DNA of 60,013 bases, counting the filler, from Sphacelaria rigidula (Eukaryota): the NCBI GenBank assembly GCA_964200075.2. It is 10 parts of 10 records of this genome, joined end to end, with 100 filler letters (N's around TTAATTAATTAA, not from the genome) between each part and the next. Parts side by side here need not be neighbours in the genome. Positions count along the whole stretch, not along the records: positions 1 to 5,912 come from CAXNAA020023548.1; positions 6,013 to 11,924 come from CAXNAA020023549.1; 8 more parts are not named here. The stretch is one strand, 5' to 3'. The translations under genes were made by a program, and so were the position numbers. This document shows, piece by piece, positions 1-11,810 of this stretch. The notes below the pieces were generated by a model. It saw nothing but the letters and a program-made list of their open reading frames with translations. It made no database searches and was not told the DNA's origin. Within the stretch, counting starts at the first letter, position 1. Each line of letters begins with the position of its first letter.

Positions 1-59
1 TGGCGGGGTGCGGCGGGGGGAGGCCAGGGCCCGGGGGGGGGGTGGGGGGGGGGGGGGGG

Positions 60-155
60 GGGGGGGGGGGGCGTACTCGTTTGTTGCTTGCCTTCGTCGT
101 TTGACCATTGACCACGCATCCCTTTTGAGACGGAGCAGAGGGAGGGGGCGGGGGA
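60..155 (+). repeat. G-run-anchored interspersed repeat, short subfamily; other copies at about 12345-12425(-), 20528-20608, 25741-25815, 49520-49590, 49600-49632
   Basis: Shared core: GGGG-cgtactcatttgttgcttgccttagtcgtttgaccattgaccacgcatccctttcgagacggagca. Confidence 0.85.
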
Positions 156-391
156 TTAGCACCGAAACATTAGGGAGGAAAACTGAAGGAAACGGCAGTC
201 ATAGATTCCATCAGCGACACAGCCAACCTCGTCCAATTCACCGCAAAGCTGGGTCGAGCATACGCGTTGAAGGGCGTGACGTAGAATTCTCAACTTTATC
301 CATCCATATGCTTCCTCTGTCCCACAAGTATAGGAACTTATGGGCGTTGAATCGTTCGGGTATGCCAACGTTGCCAATCATCCCACAGTTG

Positions 392-647
392 CACACATCG
401 GATAGGTCATGAGCTACCTGGGTATTACTTGTTATTAAAGTACTGATCTGGATCATGAGCTAGCTCACTTGGCCACAATTTAAAATTTGCTTCTGACAGC
501 GATGGACGCCGAACACGCCGTGTCGCGGGAAGGTAACGCTCTTGCTTCTCGGACACTACTGTCACGTGTTTTGCGTTATTGTACGATGGATCTGAGATTT
601 ATCTTCCATTAGTTATTTCAGGTAGCTCATGATCTGTCCCACGTGTG
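392..647. mobile_element. MITE with CACAC terminal inverted repeats
   Basis: The left end cacacatcggataggtcatgagctacctg is an imperfect inverted repeat of the right end caggtagctcatgatctgtcccacgtgtg. There is no ORF. Confidence 0.7.
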
Positions 648-3368
648 GATGGTTGGGTTCGTTAGGAAGATAGAGCTCAAACGAAGATGATGAAAAACAA
701 AAAAAAGTTGTCATCAGTACTAAAATGATGTCAAAATATGCCCATTTCGATTCTTTTTCATCCATTTATACCTCATCATTGACCGATTTTGGGCGTTTTC
801 ACGTCGAGCACTAGCAGTTACATGCTAACAAAATGTTGGATGGGGGCGTGCGTAGGTTAACATCACAGACGTGTCCGAAATCAATGGCGGTTTCGCAATT
901 TTCACATTTTCTGGCCCATTTTTCGCGATTTTTTCGTGTTCCCGGGTCTCTCATGCTTTCCTGGGAAAACGACCGAAAAACGGCCGTTTTTGGACCAACC
1001 CACTTTCTCTCGGCCGCGCGGCTGCATGGGTCAAGCACCCACATTGTAGAAAAAAGGTTGGTTTCAGCTCAAAAAACGCCGACGAATGCAATCAAAAGAT
1101 CGAAAATCAAATCGGACACGGTTAAGGGGTCGCACAAACATAACTCCCCAGACTGATGGCACAGAGGAAGAATAAATATATAAATCTGACTGACATTGGT
1201 CCATGGATCTCCGAAATAGATTAATCGCGATCTGTTCCCACGGCTTGTGTTTTCGTCTGGGTATGAGTGCATGTGCTTTTGCGCAAGACCTTTTCCACCG
1301 AAAGCCATATTGCAGAGGCCGGCATATCCTAGTTTTTCTCGTCCTTGTTTAGTTCATGTGCATGTGTACGTTCCCTTTTTTTTCTCCTTTTAATACACTA
1401 ACTTCGGAGGGTACATAGGATAACGTAGGTATTGAGGCTCTCCCGTAGCAAGCGGACCGATCAACGGATGCCGTGTGCAGGGTGTTTCACCAGTGTTTCA
1501 TGGCGCGTATCGCGAAATTTGTCTATGTGGCAAAACACGTTGCAAATGCACGTGTTCAAGAAAAGTCTGCCACCACCTCAACATCCCGTCAAATGCGTCT
1601 GCTGAAAGTCGCGCCTTTAGTCGGCAATGCCTTTCGATAACATCATCCAGTACATGACGCAGCTGCTTGCATTGAACCCTCCATTTGGCGATTTGTAAAC
1701 GCACAATAGGATGAAGTACGGCATTCTACGCACAGCTGATGTATCTCTCGACGAGAGAAGATACCTCCAATTGTTCGAGGCTTGCATCGTCAAAGAGCAA
1801 ACTTCCGAAGGGTGTTTAACGTAGGGTAAATACCCAGGTAGTAATTTTTTCGAACTTTGTGGTGCGATGGTCCGACCTCCAAACTCTCTCCAAATATTGG
1901 GTAAAGTCAGGTAGGATCGCATTGCTCTACCCAATAGCTGGGGCTTGATGAGTACGATCTCAGTGCTTTACCCAAGTCGGTGCTTGGAGTGTGATTGTTC
2001 AATATACACAAACGTAGGATATACCCGACTCGACACACCCTTGAAATTTTCGACAGACGAAATGCTGACCCATAATGGCCACATTCCATTATTTTTTCGA
2101 AAATATATACATAAACACAGAATACAGGCCCTACGGGTTTGACTACAAGGATTTTCACCACTTCCACGCATACCCCCGGCCGTTGGCGTTCCGACTGTAA
2201 ATTCCTCGGTCCAAGTGTCCTGATAACACTGATGTACCCATACACACAAAGGGTTCGAGAGGCACAGTAGCTCCGACAAGACAATGATCACTTTTTGAAG
2301 GCCTTAGACGCTAGATTCTCACAGAATTACCGTGAATCGAACACTGTAACTGTGAAGCGGTGCTACATGATTTAAGAATTCGGGGGGCGACGGAATGTAC
2401 TTTGGCCTACCCGGGGCGGCGATTGCAAAACAGAGAGAAGCTGCTCAGCTACCGCGTCGGAGCTATCGGCGTTGAACGTCGGCCGACGATATTGTTGCGA
2501 AAGGGCCACGTGGCGTCCACAGGCTCAACACCCAATCACAATACATCACATCGCCTCAACGCTTTCATGGACAAGGGGAAAATAAGACGCGAGGTAATTC
2601 CATCAACATACCACAGCGGCGTTTACAGGAGGCCTCATTTTTCGGTCCTAAATCATAACGTCATCACTCTGTCGAGCCATTTGCGCCTGCACAGTTCTAC
2701 CCGGCGCGCCCCAGTCGGCGAAACGATCAAAGTGGTGCACCAACAGCCAGCTAAGGCGGAAATCTGCGAGTTGGAATCCCGAGGAAGATATGATTCTTGC
2801 AGGGGTTAGAAAAATGAGGATTCGTCGGGAAATTACTCGATTTTAGTGTAACTGATCCGTACCGTACAAGTCAACTGTTGGGCTTTGCGTACAGCGTTGC
2901 ATTGCCCCCCAGGTACGCGCAGCCCAGGCACCTGGAAAAGCGCAACATGTACGTGGAGACACTTTGACCCGCGATCAACGTCTTTTCCTCTTTAGAGCAA
3001 TCGGGCCTCAGAAATTGTAAGTTTGGTGATTCGAGCCAGCGATGATTCTCCCGATCCTTGGGTTCTTACGAACAGAATGCAGGTAGGTTTCGTCATTGAG
3101 AACGCGAAGAAGGGTGTTCCAGAAAAGAAAAAAAAACAAGAGCCGGCGCAGTGCAATAGTGCTGTTGCGATCCACGAGACCGAAATGTCAGGCACACAGA
3201 CACCGGGAGAAATAAGGTTGCATCCCTTCAAGAGTAACACCTCAACGTGAGAAAAGGGGAAGAGTTTGTAACTGTGACGAACGTAAGGCAAAAAGCGTCC
3301 AGGCGATTGTCAAACAAAACGAACACACGCTGAACACATGAAGCACAAAGCGAGGAACCAGGACTGAC

Positions 3369-4608
3369 CTTGCCCCATATCGTGTAGTCGCAGAGAGGCG
3401 CTTCTCCTGACAGGTTGAGCATGGTGACCCACATAGCCATCGGGACGCTCTGGTAGTACGGCGTCATGTTCAGGTCCGGTCCGTTACTTTCCGTGTAGAA
3501 CCTGACAACATCGAAAAATACCCAAAGGTAATATTCCACTGACTACAAGAAAGTAATCGAGAGAATTAACTGCGCCACGGTGATCAAACTTGTGCATCAC
3601 CATTCCAGCTTGAGACGGGTTTACCCCAGCTGGGCTACAACCTACCTACGGTTGACACAATTTACGACTATCGATTACCCCAATCCCAACCCCAACTACA
3701 ACCCAAGACATACCGCGAACCCTCGAGCAAATGGTGGCCTACGCAAAGTGTGCGTTAGTAGATCTCAAATCGGCGCCGATTTGAACGAAAACGCGTTCTG
3801 CGCACGCTAGGAGCACACGGGACTCTGAGCGCCACCAGAGATCCGATTTTCGTCGTTCACACTTCAATCGAGTAACATCAACCATGTCCAGATTGTTTTT
3901 TAACTGGGGTAACCTCCTCTGCCGAGTTTCGGCATATTTGATGGGTTTGTCCTTCCAAAATGTGACGACGACAACTGGCAACATAATTCGACGAACGTCA
4001 ACGGGCTGCAGGGGGGGCTGGGTCGTGATACCTACCGCCAACCCGGCTTACATATCGTAGACAAGACTTGCGCCACGGTATTGGTACACCATAACTCTTT
4101 GGTACAACGGACAGAAAATCCCACTGATTTGCTTCATGACGTTCATCACGTCGATACAGAAGCAAAAGGTGGCCGGAGTATCCATTTTCGACAGCAAGTC
4201 TTGAAGAGAAAATAAAAAGTAATCATGGTACGCTCAAGTATGAGCCAAAATCGATAGTTCGAGAGACTCCCTTAACCGTAAATCGTTACCGAAACCCACA
4301 TATAAGAATGAGGGGGGAGGGGTGTACTCGTGATATTGAATGCCGTCGTTTCAAGACCATCGGCCTTGCACCCCTACAAAGCCGGGACGGAGCACGCCGG
4401 GCTTTCACCGGACCAGGCTCGAGAGGAAGGGAGGGGGGGGGGAGCATGGCACGTACAGGAGAGAGGATGCGAAGACCCAGGCCACCAGCGCGAAGAATCC
4501 GGACACAGCTAGGATGTCTAGGTTGTCCCGCACCACGTCATCGAACACCGTGAAGGCTGCGACGTACCGCTCCAGCTTCAACATGCGGAGCAATTGCAGA
4601 GATCGTAC
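3369..4608 (-). CDS. Partial voltage-gated cation channel (Kv-like, Ion_trans): exon 4608-4457 (S4, linker, S5) and exon 3501-3369 (pore helix and loop)
   Basis: Both exons have AG/GT borders and matching phase (CT|G). The spliced peptide is VRSLQLLRMLKLERYVAAFTVFDDVVRDNLDILAVSGFFALVAWVFASSLLFYTESNGPDLNMTPYYQSVPMAMWVTMLNLSGEAPLCDYTIWGK. It has an S4 basic repeat, a YxxE S5 end, an SxPxAxW pore helix and the P..T..GK start of S6. Confidence 0.85.
4312..4421 (+). repeat. G-run-anchored interspersed repeat, long subfamily (truncated copy); other copies at about 42150-42715, 44248-44430, 45060-45365, 45655-45980, 48092-48225(-), and a tip at 12025-12046(-)
   Basis: Consensus: GGGG-tactcatgatcctgcatgccgtagtc...gaccattgacctcgcatccctacaaagccgggacggagcacgccgggttttcgccggaccaggctcg. 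It is homologous to the short subfamily. Confidence 0.88.
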
Positions 4609-4676
4609 CTGCACACACATGGGGGGCGACAAATGCCCGTGTTTTTTGTATCGACAACAGCAAGGACTAACATTGG

Positions 4677-5792
4677 AAGGGGTACTGCGTAACCCATGCT
4701 GGATTGTTCGTTGCATATAAAATAATATGAAACGTTTCATGGAACGTGTAACGTCTAATATAACGTTTCGTTGACACGTGTAACGTTCGAATTCAAAGTT
4801 TCATTCTGGGCATGTCGCGGCTCATTTACCTGTATTCAAGGCGTTGTGACGTGTCGTGTAACGCGTAACGTTACCGTGTACGTGACGCTGACGATGACCC
4901 GACGCATGTGTAAGCGTAGGCGCACTATCTGATTGTGTAACGTTACTTCCTCTACCGTGTAACCTTCCTTGGTTTTTTACCGTAATATTTTCATATTTCC
5001 TCTACTCTTTCGATATTTTTGTTTTCAGTTTTCAGTTTTAAAATGCTTGATCATTTTCACGACAGCTCATGCTGTACACACAACAGATCGCGGACATGAT
5101 TGAAAGCCGGCTTGAGTCGTCCCGGCATTTCGCAGACAAAACTATATCGGGTACCCTTGGTTCTGTATATTTATGCATGTGTACACGAAGAAATAAGATG
5201 GTTCATAACGGCCGTCAAAGGCAGGCGTAAGTATATATGCATATATGTATATATGGCAGGTTTACAGCGCGGTCCAGGCAATCAGTGTATTTATCTCGCT
5301 TGACAAGCTTTTGTTTTACGATACACATACTGATGCATTTCTTTCATCTCAAAATTCAACGTTCTTACGCTCATCACGTGAAAGAAAACTAACGTCCACG
5401 TTTGAACGTAACGAGAAACAATGCGGCCCGTGTAACGCGTAGAGCCCTGGTCAATTGAGGCACAATCTTGTAGCATTTCAAAGATTCGTTGCACACGTGA
5501 AGTGTGCACCGCTTCATGTAACGCGTGTGTATGACAATTCATGTAACGTGGAACGTAATTTGAAACGTTTCATTCAACATGAAACGTCCTATGCACGTGT
5601 AATGTGTAATAGACGTTACACGTTCCATGGAACGTTTCATATTACTTGTGTTGAAGGTTTGGACAATTTATCATTCACGTTACGTTTCGTTTGGCACGTG
5701 AAGAAAATTCAACGTTCACGTTACGTTTCGGGCCAGAACGTAAGGTGAACGTAACGTGTAGCGTTGTGGCACGTGTGACGTGTAGACCCCTG
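4677..5792. mobile_element. Probable non-autonomous DNA transposon (hAT-like CAGGG end) with ACGT-rich subterminal arrays
   Basis: The right end is gtgacgtgtagacccctg, with a similar internal end at 5430-5449 and a degenerate left end aaggggtactgcgtaac. AACGTT, CACGTG and TAACGT motifs are dense at 4725-4945 and 5355-5785. No target-site duplication (TSD) was confirmed. Confidence 0.5.
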
Positions 5793-5912
5793 ATAATTTT
5801 CGGTAGCGCTCTGTCAGTAATGATCTTCCCGTTCGAACTACTAACCGTTTCAAGGGTCGGACAAATAATGATTCGTCTGGAAATTACTTGTTTTCAGTAT
5901 GATGAGTCGACT

Positions 5913-6012
5913 NNNNNNNNNNNNNNNNNNNNNNNNNNNNNNNNNNNNNNNNNNNNTTAATTAATTAANNNNNNNNNNNNNNNNNNNNNNNNNNNNNNNN
6001 NNNNNNNNNNNN
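5913..6012. other. Artificial contig spacer (44 N + TTAATTAATTAA + 44 N); identical spacers at 11925-12024, 17937-18036, 23948-24047, 29959-30058, 35970-36069, 41981-42080, 47992-48091, 54003-54102
   Basis: Nine identical 100-nt blocks carry a six-frame-stop linker. The segments between them are 5912, 5912, 5912 and then 5911 nt, consistent with size-sorted contigs. Confidence 0.98.
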
Positions 6013-7057
6013 GTCTTTCGTGCAAGACAGATATGCCACTTCAGCCCCATATTTTGTTTGAACCCCAAAATATAAAATCGGCTGTTTACTCTGATTCCCA
6101 CATGTGCCGCTCGCAGTCAAGGGTAAAGGGATGCATTTTCGCTCTATTTTACCGCGTGTTGGGACTGCTGCGACAACAATCTCTTCAAAAAAACTTGCCC
6201 GTGAGTTTCGTGGATTCTGCCTGCTGATCCGATACCAGTTTCTTGCCTCCGACCAATCTTTTGACTTCCTGTTGCCCGCTTGTCTTGATTTTTTTTCTTC
6301 ATTTTTCATCAGGGCTGGAACTGGAACTTTCCTTTCTAAGCAGACAAAGCTAGCTCTTCGTGTCGCCAGTATGAACAAGTGGTGAGTACTCGACAGACAC
6401 TTGCTGTACTTTGCCCCATCTGTAGAGTAGTACCCACGCAAAGGCCGTTTCGTGCCATCCAAGTCCAACAGAGCAGAGAAGATCCGCTGACAGTCTTACC
6501 GCAAGCAGGTGACCGGGTGAAAAGGCACGGTGTAAACGATGTACACGGCACCTCGACATCTCATCCTTCGGTCCTTCACGCTGACGAACAGATACCCACT
6601 GATCTGGCCGAGCTGCAAGGCCAGGTGTTGGCGCCTACAACGCAAGTCAAGAAGCAACGCAAAACGCCGCGTTTAATGCGAACTGCCCCCACACGCGCAC
6701 CGCTGGCGCTCACGGAACCGATCGGGTTCCGCCTCGAGGGACCCTACGGCGGGGCGGCGCAACGGAGCGCGAAGGAACGTTGTCTTGCGGAACAACCATC
6801 GATCGCACCCCGGGGTCCAATAGGTCCAGGTGTGAACGCGAGTAAGCATCGGTCGAAACCACAACCAACAAGAACGAAAATAGATACCATGTCTTTTTGT
6901 TCTAGAGCACCTTCTCGAGTTGTGCAGTACATTTTCGGGTCTCGTCCTGAACCTTGCGTATAGTTCTGCCGTCAAAACGAGTGCAAGTGCCTGCCAATCA
7001 ATGGCGTGCCTGTCGAACGCATGGCGATAGACAATGACACGGAACTTTCCGTGGATT

Positions 7058-7306
7058 GACACTTTCTACGATAGCCCCCCCCCCAAAAGTGCACGGTTTT
7101 GGGAGGCGAAATCTTCACGTAAATCGAAATGGGAAAAGCCGCGCACAACGAGCAGCTGGGAAGTCTCACGCTTGGGCTTGTTCTCGCCAATGTTGCCAAT
7201 ATGAGGCGCTTAATGCAGCCTGAACCCAAACGTTAGGCTCTGTATGGCCATTTTTTTCGTGACACTTTTGGGCTGGTTTTGGGGGGGGGCTATCGTAGAA
7301 AGTGTC
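7058..7306. mobile_element. About 250-bp MITE, terminal inverted repeat (TIR) GACACTTTCTACGATAGCCCCCCC, 4-bp TSD GATT
   Basis: TIRs of about 25 bp are perfect. GATT lies at 7054-7057 and 7307-7310. Confidence 0.92.
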
Positions 7307-8439
7307 GATTGCCCGGAAAATTCTTGGCCAGCAGCAGGCGCTGAAGCATGCAAGAATCACCCCCATACGCTATTACTTCGCGCGCAGATGGACCGCCTCA
7401 AATTACCGGCGGGTGCGCTCGATATACGGTATCTGACTCCATGTCCCCAGTTGAAGCTGATGTTCTTCCAAATCCTGGACAACATGAACCTCTCCTTGGC
7501 AAAAGTATTTTGGGTGTCGAAACCGGTGTCGTTATTGTCGCCCGTACGACAGTTCTAGGGCTGTCCTCGGTTACGGGTTTTGGCTGCACGGGACGGATTT
7601 TGATTTTCACGGTATCACTCATCAGCGACACGGTACAGATGTGTGTTGTATTTCCGTGATTTCGTTCGGAAGATGGCATATGGTTCCCCGACACGGATGA
7701 GCGGTACGATACGAGGAGGGACGAGTGCGATTTCTACCGCGGTGGAATGAAAATATTGCTCTTACCACAGTCATGGAAAACATCGGTACTTTTACGCGGT
7801 AATCGCGGTTCTCTGCATGCCATAGGCGCAGCTGTGTTGTTTGCATTTATGTGCGCATCGTAAAATTGATCGATCAATCGACGTCAATCCCGATTCATTG
7901 CCATCGCGTAGGTACAGAAAATAAGGCAGAAAGCAGTCATGATGCGACTGAAGATCTCACGGCGCCGCCACTGGCACAGTCAGGGACTGGTTTCACCGTA
8001 GCATATATGTCCATGTTCTTGTCTTGAACTTGAAAAAACGAAAATACCGGAAGAACCGTACACAAAAACGAACTACAGGGCTCGTAGCACGCGAAGAGGG
8101 TAAATCGTAATTAATTATTCCTTTTAACTCCGATCAGCAGCAACGGAAGAAGACGTGCTTCCACCTGTGATCGCAAACCCTCCTCAAGCGAAGGAAAATG
8201 TAGAAACGAATATCACTCTGTTCCAAAATACAAGAGAGATTCGGAAATGCGGCTCAATAACTCCTGCATTTTTTTCAAAACGTTGTTGTGCGTTGTTTTT
8301 GGGGTCCTCCAGCGGGACCGGAAGAAGCGTTCGTTCTCGACATGACACTTGACATGTGTCCACAGCAGCATCCGAAGCAGAGGTACTCAGAGCTCAAAAA
8401 GTATAATCTCCGGTTAACTGTCTCCCCAAAGTCTGTTCA

Positions 8440-8750
8440 CGATATCCATTGCTGGAGGCGCTTCTGGGACGGTAAGCAGAAAGAATCTGAACTAAATGAC
8501 AGACGCGCTCCTGACGAGCTCCTCGAGGGCAGCAACAGCGGCAAGTTGGCCCATGGCGACACCAAGCGAAATCTGCAGCAGTTTGGTTGCTCGAGCAAGC
8601 AAGTTTTGGCCGTGTGGAAGCATTACAAGGCTCCTAGCTTGCGCAATAAATGTGCTGGAAGTTCCACAAAAAACAGCGGTTGATCACAATTTCCACGAAA
8701 ATATTGGCATTTCCCGCACAAAGTGGAAAACCCTCGGTGATGCGATTTAA
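8440..8750 (+). pseudogene. Degenerate N-terminus of a plant/oomycete-type mariner (Tc1/mariner) transposase
   Basis: ELNDRRAPDELLEGSNSGKLAHGDTKRNLQQFGCSSKQVLAVWKHY resembles the LL..s..G.L..G....A..F.c....V..IW helix-turn-helix start of these transposases. It is frameshifted and no DDD domain is visible. Confidence 0.4.
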
Positions 8751-10899
8751 TCATCCCCTACCCCCAGGGGATGTAGATGCACCATCCCACACTCATTTTT
8801 GCATCGTTTTGAAGGTGTTTTCACGTCGCACACCCGATCTAGAGGCAGAATCGTACAAATCCTTCGATTTCGGTATTTCCCAATCTCCCTTATATTTCAG
8901 AACAGAGTGGTATGGTTGAAGAGGAGAATTCGTTGAAAACACGGAAGTACACAAAAGAGGGAACAAAACCTACAAGCTCAAGTGCAGAATACAAGTGAAA
9001 CTTTACATACGACGTCACACACGAAAGTGAAGGATCAACGACCAAGACACCAAGTTTCCACAAAGCAAATCAACAAAAGCGTCGAACGAAAACATACGAA
9101 ACGAAATTAGGCCGATTTCAAAGCACAAATAAATTCGGGATTGGTTACGTAAATGCATACCCGGGAGGACAATGACCCCCACCACTCGCAAAGTCTCATT
9201 GCCAAAAAAAATGCTTTCAGAGTCGTTATAAACGAGGGTGTTTTTTTCAGACCTTTCCAACTTATTCGGAGAAGGAAAAAAAACTTCCCCGAAAAATGTG
9301 ACGGCAGATTTTTCAACCAGGTCAAAGACTAGAGCAATTTAAGACTGACGACTGTATGTATAACTCGGGAGATCTAGCGGGTTTTTTTTTATCCGCAATT
9401 TTTTTTTTCGGGAAGTCGGAGATTTTCACAAAAGCCGAAAAATTATGAAAAAAAAGTCCCGTTCATATCGACCCTTAGTCTAGGTGGCTATACTCGGGCT
9501 GACAGTACTTTTGATCCAAATCGTCACCTGCGGTACCGATTTGAGCCTCGGCTAACGCACACTTGCCTAAGGCATCCTCTCTCTGCACTTCTACACTGTC
9601 CTTACCCGATAATTCTCGCTATGCTTTCAGTCGGGGTTGGGATCAGTGTGGCTCGGGTTTCGATCACGACAAAAGATTGTACAATTAGGGGTCGGATTGC
9701 ACGTGTGAACCTACAAGATGCTCATCGTAACCAGTATGCCCGAATTTTTTTTGTGCCTGGTGGCGCTGTCGTGATACACGCTCTATATTCAGAACAGTAG
9801 CGCTACACCGATCAAGTTCCATAGCAGGAACCGACCTTGCGAACCCAGAAACGCAAAAGCATCCTTGCTCTCTTTGTCCCGCTGATTGGTTGTGTCACGG
9901 TAGTTCGTACGTGATGACAGCCCCGTCACCACCTGCATATGCCCTCCATGGTGTCGCGCCCATGAGTGGCCGTAACACCCGAACGATGTACAGACTGAAC
10001 GTAATTAACCCTTGTGGCGCTGGCAATGAAAAGAGTGAATTTCGAGGTGCTGTTTTTTTAACGACGTATTGGTGGATTTTTGCAGTTTTCACGCAGAACG
10101 ATCAGCCCGACGTGTGTTTTCAGACCCTCACAAAATGTGCCCAAGTGCAGCACGGGACTCAGTTTATAGAAAATAGGCAAATGTATCCGATTTTTGTTTG
10201 TATAATTTCGGGCACGGAAGGGCTAATTTTGGCTGTGTGTAGAAAATTGAACAGACTTGTTCCGTTGCGTCCATTACTCGACAAAACTAATCTGACTGCA
10301 CCAGGGTGACATTTTTCGCCCGAGCATGACGTATGCTGGTGGATTCTTTTGTGGCTTTCCGTCATAAAAGTGATTGCCGTCGGTTTGTTCTGTTCCCATC
10401 TTTTTCTTTTCGCCAGGGCTTGGAATAATGAGGCTTCTGGCCCGGGGATGGAAGGGGAGGGTTCCCAAAGGGTTGAGGTTTGAAAGATCTCGTTCGCAAA
10501 TCCTTGTTAGTTTCTGAATCCTTTCAAACTTCTCGGAGGCGAATACTTGATGATATCCATTCCATTTTTTCTATCCTTGAATCTCAAGTCGTGGCCGGAA
10601 AGATCAATACAGTTCGCCCCAGCCTTGAAGCATTCGATGGTTGAAGAAATACACGGTTTTAGTGTTGACAGACACGTTCGAATTTCTCCATGGTGGCGAG
10701 GATGTGACGGTGCTCTCCTCTCGGGCGTTGTCACATGCGGAGGTATCGTGGTATGGTACTCCTTTGCGCAGTCACCCTGATGAGGTGGGACTCGAGCCCA
10801 TGATTTTGTCGGTGGTATAGGGATATCTCATCCGTTGAGTTTCTTGTGCTTACGTTTGACTAGTGTCGGTACAGATTTCGGTTTCCTTTCTCACTCCGG

Positions 10900-11810
10900 T
10901 ATGGCGCGGGTTCTCTGCGGTGCTTGGTACGTTTCGGCAAATCACGGCAAAGTGCCGCAGTCGTGAACTGCGGTACGTCCTACATGGCAAATGGGAGAAT
11001 ATGACTGTGCTCGGTGTATCGGTCCATGCGTGCTAGATTCTGCAAACTAGCACGGTACCACGGATTCTGTCCCAATTCCTCGGTGAGCCGTGTTTGTTCT
11101 CTGCGTTCAAACATCGAGGACAGTCCTGAAAATTCCGGGAAAATCGAGCAGGAACTTGATTATTTTGATTTTTTATCAAGACATCTCTATTTGCTGCCAC
11201 AAACAGTATCAGGAATCGCGGTTTTAGTGGGAACTGATGAAAGGGCTCGAATGATCGATCAGACCGCACGGCGCACTGCGGAGCGATTGTACGGTAGCAG
11301 GGAACCTCATGTTTGTGCTTTATTTTGCTACTGCCCGGATTGTTTGCCCCAGGCACGTTCTTGTTCCAATTATTGGGACCAGTCTGTAGTGATCCGGAGG
11401 GATGGCGGCCCGGGATTTTCGTAAGACTGAAGGTCAATAAAAACATATCCCTGATTCGTGCGACATGTCCAGAGTCCCACGTATGAAGGCGCATCAGACA
11501 CAAAGGTAATCCCAAATACGTGGGCGATTTTGACCTCGAAGCGGAATACCATCAAAAGTCCGGAAGCAGAATACAATGTGGACAATACTGATTTCGTGAC
11601 ACAGAGAGAGACGCGTACGTATTGAAGCGTGCCGCTAGACATACTGAGAAGGGCGCGATAGGGATCGTGGTGCTCTCCAGCAAGCGGTTTTTGGCCAGTC
11701 GAAGGCACTGTTCGCCAGCAGTGGAGAAGTGCTGCGCGACAGTACTGACCATCAAGCGTTTTACCTCTGGAGTAGGCATTCCAGCACGACGGAAACCAGA
11801 TTATGCGTAA
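10900..11810 (+). pseudogene. Highly decayed Ty3/gypsy RT-RNase H remnant
   Basis: IVVLSSKRFLASRRHCSPAVEKCCATVLTIKRF resembles the gypsy RNase H motif IAyaSr.L...e.nYs..EkE.lAvv.a...F. An upstream YQDISI resembles YxDDI. There are many stops and frameshifts. Confidence 0.4.

Noticed and set aside
8..412. Gly-rich 134-aa ORF and other poly-Gly/Pro/Phe/Lys ORFs (e.g. 44819-45234, 45881-46550)
   Set aside because: They are translations of homopolymer tracts and repeats, with no domain or splice support.
1475..2290. Minus-strand ORF fragments as the missing S6 exon or another gene
   Set aside because: No hydrophobic S6-like exon with splice sites was found and no family was recognised. It is probably decayed TE sequence.
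3676..3710. Telomere-like CCCAAT/CCCAAC run
   Set aside because: It is too short and degenerate to call interstitial telomeric repeat.
5957..5968. Regularly spaced TTAATTAATTAA (every ~6 kb) as a biological repeat or array
   Set aside because: It is always embedded in fixed N blocks and is an artificial six-frame-stop linker.
6013..7560. ORFs of 130-194 aa as an endogenous viral or host gene
   Set aside because: No recognisable motif; they are interrupted by stops and a MITE, so no call can be supported.
10005..10475. piggyBac-like element (TTAA-CCCTT ... AAGGG-TTGA)
   Set aside because: The inverted match is only about 6 bp and there is no second copy.
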